From: Escherichia coli
Lineage (GTDB): Bacteria > Pseudomonadota > Gammaproteobacteria > Enterobacterales > Enterobacteriaceae
Direction: 5' to 3' (one strand)
NCBI RefSeq assembly: GCF_003019035.1
Contig: NZ_CP027447.1
DNA: 64,000 bases
Under the pieces are notes generated by a model, which saw only the letters and a list, made by a program, of their open reading frames with translations, ran no database searches and was not told the origin of the DNA. The position numbers were made by a program, and so were the translations under genes. Below, in pieces: positions 29,992-40,321 of the stretch. How positions within the stretch are numbered: the first letter of the stretch is position 1; every line of letters starts with the position of its first letter.

Positions 29992-30021
29992 TTACCTCTC
30001 AGTGTGAAACGGAAGGTTGTG

Positions 30022-30744
30022 ATGAAACCGGCAAGAGTCCCTCAAACTGTCGTGGCTCCTGATTGCTGGGGCGATTTGCCCTGGGGAGAGCTTTATCGCA
30101 AGGCGCTGGAGCGCCAGCTCAACCCGTGGTTCACTAAAATGTATGGTTTTCATCTGCTTAAGATTGGCAATTTAAGCGCAGAAATCAATTGCGAAGCGTG
30201 CGCGGTTTCTCATCAAGTGAATGTTTCTGCGCAAGGAATGCCCGTCCAGGTGCAGGCGGATCCACTTCATCTTCCTTTTGCCGATAAATCCGTTGATGTT
30301 TGTCTACTGGCACATACCTTGCCGTGGTGCACCGATCCGCATCGTTTATTGCGTGAAGCCGATCGGGTACTGATTGATGATGGTTGGCTGGTGATTAGTG
30401 GCTTCAACCCCATCAGTTTAATGGGATTACGCAAACTTGTGCCGGTATTGCGCAAAACCTCGCCCTATAATAGCCGGATGTTTACTCTGATGCGGCAACT
30501 GGACTGGCTCTCTTTGTTGAATTTTGAAGTGCTACACGCCAGCCGTTTCCACGTTCTCCCGTGGAACAAACACGGTGGAAAACTATTGAATGCGCATATT
30601 CCTGCGCTTGGTTGCTTACAACTTATTGTCGCCCGGAAACGGACTATTCCTTTAACGCTAAATCCGATGAAACAGAGTAAAAACAAGCCACGAATTCGCC
30701 AGGCGGTTGGAGCCACCCGGCAATGTCGTAAACCACAGGCTTAA
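30022..30744 (+). CDS. yafS: SAM-dependent methyltransferase YafS
   Basis: ORF 29659-30744 trimmed to ATG at 30022 ([22 protein letters not shown]...), giving about 240 aa and removing the overlap with gloB. Confidence 0.85.
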
Positions 30745-31208
30745 ACTTCGACTTGATAGCCCGTATCTTCCAGTGTGGGATTCATCGCTGCGGCACGAGC
30801 CAGTTCATCGCAACGTTCGTTTTCTGGATGACCGGCATGGCCTTTAACCCATTCCCATTTGATTTGATGCTGCCCCAGCGCAGCATCAAGACGTTGCCAG
30901 AGATCGACATTTTTTACTGGTTTTTTGTCTGCTGTTTTCCAGCCACGTTTTTTCCAGTTATGGATCCACTGGGTGATACCCTGGCGGACATACTGGCTGT
31001 CGGTACTCAAAATAACTTCGCAATGTTCTTTTAACGCCTCCAGCGCGACAATAGCGGCCATCAACTCCATACGGTTGTTGGTGGTGCGGGTGTAGCCTGC
31101 GCTAAAGGTTTTCTCGCGTCCGCGATAGCGTAAAATAGCACCGTATCCCCCCGGTCCTGGATTACCCAGACACGAACCGTCGGTGAAAATTTCTACCTGT
31201 TTAAGCAT
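30741..31208 (-). CDS. rnhA: Ribonuclease HI
   Basis: ORF 30741-31280; start set at [26 protein letters not shown]... (155 aa). Confidence 0.93.
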
Positions 31209-31272
31209 CTCTGGTAGACTTCCTGTAATTGAATCGAACTGTAAAACGACAAGTCTGACATAAATGACCGCT

Positions 31273-32004
31273 ATGAGCACTGCAATTACACGCCAGATCG
31301 TTCTCGATACCGAAACTACCGGTATGAACCAGATTGGTGCGCACTATGAAGGCCACAAGATCATTGAGATTGGTGCCGTTGAAGTGGTGAACCGTCGCCT
31401 GACGGGCAATAACTTCCATGTTTATCTCAAACCCGATCGGCTGGTGGATCCGGAAGCCTTTGGCGTACATGGTATTGCCGATGAGTTTTTGCTCGATAAG
31501 CCCACGTTTGCCGAGGTTGCCGATGAGTTCATGGACTATATCCGCGGCGCGGAGCTCGTGATCCATAACGCAGCGTTCGATATCGGCTTTATGGACTACG
31601 AGTTTTCGTTGCTTAAGCGCGATATTCCGAAGACCAATACCTTCTGTAAGGTCACCGATAGCCTTGCGGTGGCGAGGAAAATGTTTCCCGGTAAGCGCAA
31701 CAGCCTCGATGCGTTATGTGCCCGCTACGAAATAGATAACAGTAAACGAACGCTGCACGGGGCATTACTCGATGCCCAGATCCTTGCGGAAGTTTATCTG
31801 GCGATGACCGGTGGTCAAACGTCGATGGCTTTTGCGATGGAAGGAGAGACACAACAGCAACAAGGTGAAGCAACAATTCAGCGCATTGTGCGTCAGGCAA
31901 GTAAGTTACGCGTTGTTTTTGCGACAGATGAAGAGCTTGCGGCACATGAAGCCCGTCTCGATCTGGTGCAGAAAAAGGGCGGAAGCTGCCTCTGGCGGGC
32001 ATAA
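31273..32004 (+). CDS. dnaQ: DNA polymerase III epsilon subunit (3'-5' proofreading exonuclease)
   Basis: ORF 31264-32004; start at [20 protein letters not shown]... (Exo I motif DTETTG), divergent from rnhA. Confidence 0.93.
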
Positions 32005-32079
32005 ATACCTGTAAAAGGCGCTAAAAATAGCGACTTGGGCGATTTTTGCAGCAAACGATTCAAAAGATGAGAAAAACCG

Positions 32080-32108
32080 TTGACGAAGGTCGAGGCAATC
32101 CGTAATAT
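32080..32108 (+). promoter_or_regulatory. Candidate sigma-70 promoter for aspV
   Basis: TTGACG-17nt-TAATAT about 30 nt upstream of the tRNA. Confidence 0.45.
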
Positions 32109-32136
32109 TCGCCTCGTTCCCAACGGAACACAACGC

Positions 32137-32213
32137 GGAGCGGTAGTTCAGTCGGTTAGAATACCTGCCTGTCACGCAGGGGGTCGCGGGTTCGAGTCCC
32201 GTCCGTTCCGCCA
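32137..32213 (+). tRNA. aspV: tRNA-Asp (GUC), stand-alone copy; left boundary of accessory island
   Basis: 77 nt, identical to the rrn-distal tRNA-Asp at 23914-23990. Confidence 0.95.
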
Positions 32214-32243
32214 CTATTCACTCATAAAAATGAGTTCAGAGAG

Positions 32244-32273
32244 CCGCAAGATTTTTAATTTTGCGGTTTTTTT
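32244..32273 (+). terminator. Terminator after aspV
   Basis: CCGCAAGATTTTTAATTTTGCGG hairpin followed by TTTTTTT. Confidence 0.5.
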
Positions 32274-32540
32274 GTATTTGAATTCCACCATTTCTCTGTT
32301 CAATGATTTTACTCTGGCGTAAGTGCGTGATTCTCGCTTGTTGTCTCATTCATTAAAATTCAATAATGATATCGAACCATTCAGCTTAAATATATTTCCA
32401 GAGAATAAATTTATATTGATTAAATGAATGTATATTTCAAATTGATTTTGTTTGTTATTATTTAAGTGAGGTATATAATTAGAGTCCGTTATCAATGCTA
32501 AATATTCTAATCATTATGACAGGCGAGGGAGTGTCCAATT

Positions 32541-33326
32541 ATGAATTCAAAAAAGCTTTGTTGCATATGTGTGTTATTCTCGCTGCTTGCAGGATGTGCC
32601 TCTGAATCTTCTATTGATGAAAAGAAGAAAAAAGCTCAAGTCACACAAAGTAATATTAATAAAAACACTCCCCAGCAACTGACAGACAAAGATTTATTCG
32701 GTAATGAAACCACTCTGGCCGTATCCGAGGAGGATATTCAAGCTGCGCTTGATGGAAATGAGTTCCGCGTTCCCCTTAATTCTCCTGTAATACTTGTTCA
32801 ATCCGGCAACCGCGCACCGGAAACCATTATGCAGGAGGAGATGCGAAAATATTATACTGTTTCCACATTCTCTGGTATCCCGGACAGGCAAAAGCCTCTG
32901 ACTTGTAACAAAAACAAAGATAAAAATGAGAACGAGGATGTTGCCAGTGCTGAAAATATGAACTGGATGCAGGCATTGCGTTTTGTGGCTGCGAAAGGGC
33001 ATCAGAAAGCGATTATTGTTTACCATGATACGTTGCAGACAGGAAAATATGACACTGCACTGAAATCAACAGTATGGTCCGACTATAAAAATGACAAACT
33101 CACTGACGCTATCTCCCTGCGCTACCTGGTACGTTTCACGCTGGTGGATGTGGCAACAGGTGAGTGGGCTACCTGGTCGCCGGTGAATTATGAATATAAA
33201 GTGCTTCCACCATTGCCCGACAAGAATGAAGCCAGTACGACTGATATGACAGAGCAGCAAATCATGCAACTTAAGCAAAAGACCTATAAAGCGATGGTAA
33301 AAGATTTGGTTAACCGCTATCAATAA
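32541..33326 (+). CDS. yafT: Lipoprotein YafT-like, unknown function
   Basis: 261-aa ORF, lipobox LLAGCAS, AT-rich gene preceded by a very AT-rich 330-bp region. Confidence 0.75.
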   Translation: MNSKKLCCICVLFSLLAGCASESSIDEKKKKAQVTQSNINKNTPQQLTDKDLFGNETTLAVSEEDIQAALDGNEFRVPLNSPVILVQSGNRAPETIMQEEMRKYYTVSTFSGIPDRQKPLTCNKNKDKNENEDVASAENMNWMQALRFVAAKGHQKAIIVYHDTLQTGKYDTALKSTVWSDYKNDKLTDAISLRYLVRFTLVDVATGEWATWSPVNYEYKVLPPLPDKNEASTTDMTEQQIMQLKQKTYKAMVKDLVNRYQ

Positions 33327-33462
33327 TAAATTATATCTGCCGCCAGGAATTTCTGGCGGAAATAATACAAAATTCTTTGCATAAGAAATTTTTCTTGACA
33401 AAGACAGTGCAAGAAAGGACATGGAATCCGGAGTTAAAAACTGTTTGTTTTAGAATATTTAA

Positions 33463-33942
33463 TTATTTAACTGCTGAATCTTCCTTGCGAGAAATATATC
33501 CATTATTACATTTCATGCCATTTTTAATATAGATTGCTCCTGGGAAAATTCCCGTATTATTACCGCAGGGGTGATAATTAGTATTGACATATCCTGTGAC
33601 AAAAGGAGCTATTAAAGGTGCTATTACGATAGCTATTAGTAAAAATATAAGAGTTAGCTGTATTGTTATGTCTGTGGCGAAATTGACTACCTTCGTTTTT
33701 TTGATTAAGAATGATTTTATTATCGTAAGTAAAATTACATGAATATTTAAAAAGGAAAACGACATGAAACCGAAGCACAGAATCAACATTCTCCAATCAT
33801 AAAATATTTCCGTGGAGCATTTTATTATTGAATATAGAGGTTTAACTCCGGTAAAAAACAAAGAAGCATTGAATGCAGGGAAAAATAATATGGCCATAAA
33901 AAACATCGAAAGAAACTCTTTTAATTTAACATGTAAACGCAT
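33463..33942 (-). CDS. ykfM: Small polytopic inner-membrane protein (YkfM-like); candidate immunity protein
   Basis: 159-aa ORF, very hydrophobic with several predicted TM segments, AT-rich; 9 nt downstream of the 309-aa ORF. Confidence 0.55.
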   Translation of the reverse strand: MRLHVKLKEFLSMFFMAILFFPAFNASLFFTGVKPLYSIIKCSTEIFYDWRMLILCFGFMSFSFLNIHVILLTIIKSFLIKKTKVVNFATDITIQLTLIFLLIAIVIAPLIAPFVTGYVNTNYHPCGNNTGIFPGAIYIKNGMKCNNGYISRKEDSAVK

Positions 33943-33951
33943 GGTTAATCC

Positions 33952-34881
33952 TCATATCACGGGTGGAGTGTTAAGAACATACATAAATGGAGTCATGTTT
34001 TCCCTTTTCCATTTATCAAGTTCCTGTTGCCGTTTTAGTCCATCTCTAATTGCATATTTTAATTTTTCTGATAAATGGCATTGAGCATCGATTTCATTTA
34101 AAACAACTGTACACACTATCCCTGTCAGTAAAATTGCTCCTCCGACAAGAATTACTGGAAAGCCAAAGCTAACACAGGCAAAAGAAGCCAGGCTTCCAAT
34201 AGCGGTTGCAACACCACCGGCTATAACTGCTTTGGCCACATCCATTGAAAAATCGCCAAGAAAATTAACCAGATCTCGCTCTGAACTCATAATAAATTCT
34301 ATGGTTCTCCAGGCTACTGAAAACCAGATACAGAACTTAACTCCTTTTATTGATTCAGATAAAGCTCCTCGCCAGCCAATAGCGAGTTCCAGAACTTGAG
34401 GCGCTCGTGAAGAGAAAATATATTTACCGAGCTTTTCTAAAAGCCAGGGGCTGGATGTTGTGATTTTTATATATTTCTCTCCAAGTATTTCAAAGTAACT
34501 TGCTTTTGTATACTTTAAGGCATTAAGGTTAAATATAATTTTCCCATTGTCATCAAACTCAGTCATTAATTTACCCGCGTTAACTAACCAGGCGAGTGTA
34601 TCTTTTATACCTGAAGGATGTGTAGTGATAAAATGAATGTAATCAAATGATGTTATTGGGCTGAGTATTTTTTTTGCAACATCAAGTGTCAAGAGAATAA
34701 CATGATGAGTGTTCTGATGCCTTAACTCATCAATGAGTGGGACGTCGTTAAGATAAGGGTGCTGAGGTACTAGCTGGTTTATCGGCTGAGCCCCCCGAAG
34801 AATGTCACCCACATAATCAGCCCACTGTGCATTCTGTGTGTTGTTGTTATTCCTTAAACCAGCCATTTTATCTCTCCGCAA
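33952..34881 (-). CDS. Membrane-anchored hypothetical protein (apparent full-length YafU-like); candidate Hcp-associated effector
   Basis: 309-aa ORF with soluble N-terminal region and C-terminal Gly/Ala-rich hydrophobic hairpin (VAKAVIAGGVATAIGSLASFACVSFGFPVILVGGAILLTGIVCTVVL); 28 nt downstream of the Hcp paralog. Confidence 0.55.
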   Translation of the reverse strand: MRRDKMAGLRNNNNTQNAQWADYVGDILRGAQPINQLVPQHPYLNDVPLIDELRHQNTHHVILLTLDVAKKILSPITSFDYIHFITTHPSGIKDTLAWLVNAGKLMTEFDDNGKIIFNLNALKYTKASYFEILGEKYIKITTSSPWLLEKLGKYIFSSRAPQVLELAIGWRGALSESIKGVKFCIWFSVAWRTIEFIMSSERDLVNFLGDFSMDVAKAVIAGGVATAIGSLASFACVSFGFPVILVGGAILLTGIVCTVVLNEIDAQCHLSEKLKYAIRDGLKRQQELDKWKRENMTPFMYVLNTPPVI

Positions 34882-34909
34882 TAGTAATTTATTATGTTAT
34901 TACAGTAAG

Positions 34910-35392
34910 TTACTGTACACGATCCTGCCATTTACTCATTGCATTCGTACCGGCTAACGTATGCTCCCAGGAAATATCTTCATAAATAAAGGCAATTCTC
35001 TCCTGTGGTTCCAGTTCTTTTTCCAGGACAGCATGCGGTGTGACAAAATCAATACTTGATATTCGGGCTTTTGACAGATTTATTTTATAATAAGGCTGGT
35101 AAATACCCGCTTTACTGGTTCGGTAGAGTATAAATTCACATAATGCCATTTTTTCATTGTCACTAAGTGCTTTTGCCAGCAATGGTGAGGATTTATCAAC
35201 CGGTTTGGTGATAATTAATTCATGATGATTGACATTTTGACTTCTTGAGATGGAATGCATTAACGCATAAACCATGATCTGATCTTTATGTTCTGGCTGC
35301 GCTTTGTTTCCGACAGAATCAAGCGTTGAGCAACCTGCTGAAATTAGCCCTTGTGTCTCTCCACTCAAAGATAAATAACTTATATTTGCCAT
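34910..35392 (-). CDS. Hcp-family protein (divergent TssD paralog)
   Basis: 160-aa ORF; YLSLSGETQGLISAGCSTLDSVGN aligns with canonical Hcp YISITGQTQGNITAGAFTADSVGN at 55478; similar C-terminal ...SWEH... motif. Confidence 0.75.
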   Translation of the reverse strand: MANISYLSLSGETQGLISAGCSTLDSVGNKAQPEHKDQIMVYALMHSISRSQNVNHHELIITKPVDKSSPLLAKALSDNEKMALCEFILYRTSKAGIYQPYYKINLSKARISSIDFVTPHAVLEKELEPQERIAFIYEDISWEHTLAGTNAMSKWQDRVQ

Positions 35393-35415
35393 GATAATCT
35401 CCTTTAATTAAATAA

Positions 35416-36769
35416 TTATTTTTCGGCCGTGGTACCGGTTGCCGCCTCTGGCATGACGTTATTCTTCAGCAGCAGCCAGCGGCTTAACACGCCTTCGAGT
35501 CGCTCATTAATTTGTTTTTCCAGCGCATCTGTATTCTGCTTCTGCGCACGGGCATCCTGGTACTGCGTCAACAGAGACTCAACGGGTGTTTCCTGCCCCA
35601 GTCCCCGCTCCGCCTGCCAGATGACATTTTTGATATAGGAAAGGGTTAGTCCCTCTTTCTCGCGCTGCATCACTAGATCTGCAAAAGCATGTAAGTCCTG
35701 GCGGGTCTGCAACCAGCCACGCAACTGCGGGCTACTCTGTGCGCGGGTTTTGAGTGCCTCATTCCATTGTGTCGAGGCCTGTTGCTGTTGCAGGCTTTCC
35801 GGCCAGCGACTGTCGGCAACACGCATCATCTGCATCCCGGTTTCCAGCGGCTGTACCGGGGAGGTATCAAGAAGTTGTTGCAGCCTGCGCTCATAGTTTT
35901 CGAGTTCAGGTGAGGCCATCCACACCGTTGCTGCGCCCTGAGCGGTGTCGTTAACCTGTAACAGTTGCTGCTGCACCGGATAGACCTGCCACCACCACAA
36001 TGCTGAGGCGACAGCCACTGAACAGGCGATCCCTGCGATAAACCCTCTTACCATACTGCCTTGCTTTATCACACTGGCCTGTGGGGGATTCTCTGTCAGA
36101 CTGCGCACTTCCACTTTCATCTCAGGCAGGCCAGGCAGGGGAGGCACTACCGCTTCTGGTGTGGAAGATGCCTGTGTTTCCGGGGCATAAATCAGCGTTC
36201 TGACCGTGGTCTGTGCGGCGTTCTCAGTGTTACTCTTCAGCTGGGGTTCAAGCCGTTTACGCGTGTTCTGCATAAAATAGAGCAGATTCTCCACGCGCGG
36301 AACGCGCTTCAGTTCCACCTGCTGGAGCTTATCGCAGATAAGCTGCAATGCCCGCTCTGTGCGGTAGATCAGTGGTAGGTCGGATTCCGCAAAGGAGATT
36401 TGCTGACGCAGAATATTGCCGGTTCGGGAGTTAAACCAGTCCAGCATTTCAGTACGCGCCGGGCCGCCCTGCGGCCAGAACTTATCCCAGTCGTGGCTTA
36501 CCATTGCCGCCAGCAGTTCCGCACCTTCGCAGAATCCCGCCAGTCCCTGTGTCCGTGTCCGGGCAAGCGTATAGTAGGTGGCGGTGTGTAAATCCACACC
36601 GTTGGCTTTAAAAATCGCCAGCGCCAGCGACTCCACCAGTTTCCAGTTCAGCTCAGGCTGTGACGGGTGGCTGGCTTTGTTTATTTCCTCGCGGATGGCG
36701 CTGAATTCCGGCAGCCCGCGCGGGTCACTGCCGGTAACGATAGTTTGTGTCAGTACGTTACTATTCATC
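35416..36769 (-). CDS. T6SS-associated ImpA_N-domain membrane protein (VasL/TagA-like)
   Basis: ORF 35416-36858; likely start MNSNVLTQ at 36769 behind a GGAGG RBS; N-terminal TssA-like region (DPRGLPEFSAIREEINKASHPSQPELNWKLV...) plus one TM segment (GFIAGIACSVAVASALWWW); last gene of a V. cholerae-like cluster order. Confidence 0.7.
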
Positions 36770-36778
36770 CCTGCCTCC

Positions 36779-39700
36779 TCAGTACAGTGTGTCTGACAGA
36801 CCAAACTGGCTGAACAACCCACCGCTGAACGGGTTATCTTCCGTGTCGGTATGCACACGGTAGGTCATCGCGCCACCGTCCACGCTAAAGCGCACGGTAA
36901 AGTTGCCATCCTGTACTCCGGTCAGTTGTCCGGCCCCGAACAGGCGGAACTGCGCCCACGGCCCGCTGAAGCTGATACTGCGCGGCGCGTTGCCGCTGGT
37001 GCCGATGAGCGTCAGCTTACTTTCGTTGCCTTCGCGCATGTTGTTAGGCCAGACCAGATGGGCGGTATAGTTACGGCCCTGGCTGTAATCGACTAACTGA
37101 CCGTCAAGGTTCAGTACACTGCGGCGTTTATTGCCTGAAAGCGATACCGTTTCCACGGCAAAGGATGTTCCCAGACCGTTCTGTTTGCTGAAGAAGATGT
37201 CACGGATTTTCTGCGCAGTTTCCAGTTGCGCAATAATATCTTCGCGAATAATGACGTTGTTATCGCCGTCTTCCAGGCTCAGATCATTGTCGATAAACAG
37301 TTTCAGGTTCTGCTGGTAGAAGGTATCCAGTATGCCATCCGGTTTAAAGAATCGTTCGAAGGCATCCAGTGAGGCATCCTGTGCAGAACGTGGATTAAAC
37401 GGATAGTTATTTGCCAGTTGCTCGTTAAACGGTTTCACCACGCTGTCGCGCCAGTCCACTTCCATATAGTGAACGGCTTCCACCATCACCACATGCCAGG
37501 CCTGGTCAGCCAGCCTGCCTACCCAGCGGTTGAGCGGAGCAGGCAGTGTTTTTGCCATCTGGCGGGTGGCGAATATTGGATCGCTGCTGTTCTGATCAAG
37601 CCTTAACTGCACGGCTTTCAGCGCCGATTTCCCTGGTACAGGCGCGTTCTGGATTGCCAGCAGGTAGCGGTGTAACTCGGTGAGCTGCTGGTATACGGCC
37701 TGCATCGTGCTTTCTTTGTCTTTCTGTACTGTCAGGGTACTGTTTTCCGGGGCGAATTCATGCCCGAGGCGGGTAAGTAACTGGTAATCCGGCTCTGCCA
37801 GGGCCTCATCCCGCTCTTTGGCAGAGAGTTTTTCAGAAAAGACTCCTGGCTGTGTGTTGTCACGCAGCACGGTCAGCGCCCGCTGCAAAGGCTGGTCGCC
37901 GCTGATAACCTGCTCCAGAGTGCCAGTCAGTTGTCCAATGGACTCAAAATTGCGGATATTGAGATTGTCCATCCCGGCCCGCCAGGTGGCGGTGTAGTCG
38001 CTGATATACTGCTCGGTCAACTGGCGCTGAATTTCCGCGCGGTCGGCGTCACTGTATTTCACGCTGCGGGTGAGGTTGAGTACCCAGGAATCCATCGCCG
38101 TCAGTTCAACCAGTTCATCGCGCTGTTTTACAAAATAGCTTTGCAGGCCGTAACGGGTAAGAAACTGTGGAACAACCAGTTTGTTATCATCGGCAGATGT
38201 AAACACCTGGTCAAAGGTTGGCCCTACCTGGTCACGCAGATTGAGGTCAGCAGGAAGAACGCCCAGCGCCCGCGTTTTCAGGCTCTGATAAACCCGCTGG
38301 TAGACAGGCAGTTTGCTCAGTTCTTTCTGTGCTGATACCACGGGCTTGTCATATGGCGTCCAGCGGCTGATGGCATCACCGTCGCCCGCCTGACGCTCTG
38401 CATGCCAGTCAGTATGAGCCAGCGCGTAGTCAAGATGGGACATCAGTTGTGTCTGGATATCGCGCTGTCCGTGGAACTTTTCGCTCCAGCGTTTTGCCAT
38501 ATACTGCTTCACCACCTCATTGTTACGTCCGCTTTTGTCCTCCAGCATTCGCATCACGCGCAGCACCGCGAGTTTTTCTTCACTCTCCGGCGGCGCGGCA
38601 TTCATCGCTTTGACCAGCCCGTTAAACAGCGAGGGCAGGTAACGCTGCTCCAGAAGTTGCAGATAGGTCTGTTCCACATATGGCCCGATACGTCTCCCCT
38701 GGTACAGGCCCATATCGGCCAGACGGCTGCGCTCGCCCCAGTCGCCATAGGCCAGTGTTGCATCGCGTACCGGGTTCAGCAGTGGCAGTTGCAGGTTGCC
38801 AAAGTCATCTTCCCCCTGCGGAGGCGGCACGTCCATAAAGGCTTTGGCCTGCTTAAGCACGGTGATGCCGGACTGATAGTTACCGTTGTAATAGTGATGC
38901 CAGCCGGTGATGAGCAGCAGTGCCGCCACGCCGCCTGTGGCAGAGAAAACCGTCAGGCGGCGACGGGAACGCATCAGCCAGGCGCTGCTCTCTGTTGCCA
39001 GATTAGGCTCTGCGAGTAATGCCTGCGGGAACAGGCTGCGGGTGAAATAAGGCGCGGTGTCCACCAGAGGCCAGGACGCCAGTGGGTTATTGCCCAGTCG
39101 GTACTGGCGGGCAGCAGACTGGGTGAATATATCATCCATCTGTCCACGCTGAAGCGAAGAGGTGAGATAGACACCACGCAGCATCACGTTCATATTTTCG
39201 CCGTCAAGCAGACCCTCAAGCAGTGACACCAGCGGCTCACGGCTTCCCTGCATCTGGCGGGAAAAACTGAATAAAGACGCGCGGGTGTGAGTCTGGGTGA
39301 CCATCAGATCCGGCAACGCCAGATTCATTCGATCCACCCATGTCTGCCAGAAAGCATTCAACTCTGTTCGCCAGTCATCATTTTCATGAGCACGGCGGGT
39401 GAACGTAACACCCAGAATCGCATCGCGATCCTGTCTGTTCAGTGACTGAAACAGGGCGGCAAAACCCTGCAATAAATCAAGCCGGGTCAGTACCACGTAA
39501 ACCGGTAACTGGCAATGAAGATGCTGGCGTATATCCTGTAAGCGGCTGCGCAGCGTCTGTAACAGATGCTCGCGGCGGCGTTTGTCTGCGGTCAGCAGAT
39601 CGGGTAAATCGAGTGTCAGAATAATCCCGTTCAGCGGCTGGCGCGCGCGCTTTTCCTTCAGCCAGCCGAGGGCATGTTCCCACAGACGGCGATGCAGGAT

Positions 39701-40303
39701 ATCCGCATCAGCGGGAGCGCAGAGTGTGCCGTCGATATCAAAGATCACCGCCTGTTTACCGACATGGGGCGTGAGGTACAGGCGTTGTTCTGCGCCGCGC
39801 GCGCCCTCCGGGGCATAAATAATGTCTGACGGAAACCCCTCGCGCAGCAGTGTCGTTTTGCCACTGCCCACAGGACCGATGACCATATACCACGGCAACT
39901 GCCACAGGAAACGGCGGTTGTCGAGATGGCGTTGCAGGCGCAGCAGCCAGCGGTCGAGGTAACGCTGCTGGGCGTTCAGTTCCACACTGAGCGCATCAAC
40001 GGCTTCCTCGCGCTGTTGCTTTTGCATTTTTTCAAGCTGTTGCAGGCGCTTCATTACCCGGACGGTAAGCCACACCAGGGCAATAATCCCCCACGCCGCC
40101 GTTGCCAGCCAGCGGTTCGCCAGTGGTTTGAGCCACTGCTCTTCATACAGCGTCCATGTCGGGCCTTTCCACCAGATCCATACCAGCAGGAAAATCCACG
40201 CCAGTATCAGCAGCCAGAATGCAGAAACTTTAAACCGGGGCATCGCCGGGCGCAGGGCTGATTTGAGTTCGCTGAATAGTCGGGGTGTTGGTAATCTGAA
40301 CAC
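36779..40303 (-). CDS. tssM: T6SS membrane-complex protein TssM (IcmF)
   Basis: 1174-aa ORF, N-terminal TM segments, Walker A GPVGSGKTT. Confidence 0.93.
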   Translation of the reverse strand: MFRLPTPRLFSELKSALRPAMPRFKVSAFWLLILAWIFLLVWIWWKGPTWTLYEEQWLKPLANRWLATAAWGIIALVWLTVRVMKRLQQLEKMQKQQREEAVDALSVELNAQQRYLDRWLLRLQRHLDNRRFLWQLPWYMVIGPVGSGKTTLLREGFPSDIIYAPEGARGAEQRLYLTPHVGKQAVIFDIDGTLCAPADADILHRRLWEHALGWLKEKRARQPLNGIILTLDLPDLLTADKRRREHLLQTLRSRLQDIRQHLHCQLPVYVVLTRLDLLQGFAALFQSLNRQDRDAILGVTFTRRAHENDDWRTELNAFWQTWVDRMNLALPDLMVTQTHTRASLFSFSRQMQGSREPLVSLLEGLLDGENMNVMLRGVYLTSSLQRGQMDDIFTQSAARQYRLGNNPLASWPLVDTAPYFTRSLFPQALLAEPNLATESSAWLMRSRRRLTVFSATGGVAALLLITGWHHYYNGNYQSGITVLKQAKAFMDVPPPQGEDDFGNLQLPLLNPVRDATLAYGDWGERSRLADMGLYQGRRIGPYVEQTYLQLLEQRYLPSLFNGLVKAMNAAPPESEEKLAVLRVMRMLEDKSGRNNEVVKQYMAKRWSEKFHGQRDIQTQLMSHLDYALAHTDWHAERQAGDGDAISRWTPYDKPVVSAQKELSKLPVYQRVYQSLKTRALGVLPADLNLRDQVGPTFDQVFTSADDNKLVVPQFLTRYGLQSYFVKQRDELVELTAMDSWVLNLTRSVKYSDADRAEIQRQLTEQYISDYTATWRAGMDNLNIRNFESIGQLTGTLEQVISGDQPLQRALTVLRDNTQPGVFSEKLSAKERDEALAEPDYQLLTRLGHEFAPENSTLTVQKDKESTMQAVYQQLTELHRYLLAIQNAPVPGKSALKAVQLRLDQNSSDPIFATRQMAKTLPAPLNRWVGRLADQAWHVVMVEAVHYMEVDWRDSVVKPFNEQLANNYPFNPRSAQDASLDAFERFFKPDGILDTFYQQNLKLFIDNDLSLEDGDNNVIIREDIIAQLETAQKIRDIFFSKQNGLGTSFAVETVSLSGNKRRSVLNLDGQLVDYSQGRNYTAHLVWPNNMREGNESKLTLIGTSGNAPRSISFSGPWAQFRLFGAGQLTGVQDGNFTVRFSVDGGAMTYRVHTDTEDNPFSGGLFSQFGLSDTLY

Positions 40304-40321
40304 AAAAACTCCTGTTCTCTT

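Noticed and set aside
31906-32214. 102-aa minus-strand ORF beginning MAERTGLEPATPCVTGRYSNRLNYRS
   Set aside because: It is the antisense reading of tRNA-Asp (aspV); the same artefact occurs at 23704-23991 over aspU.
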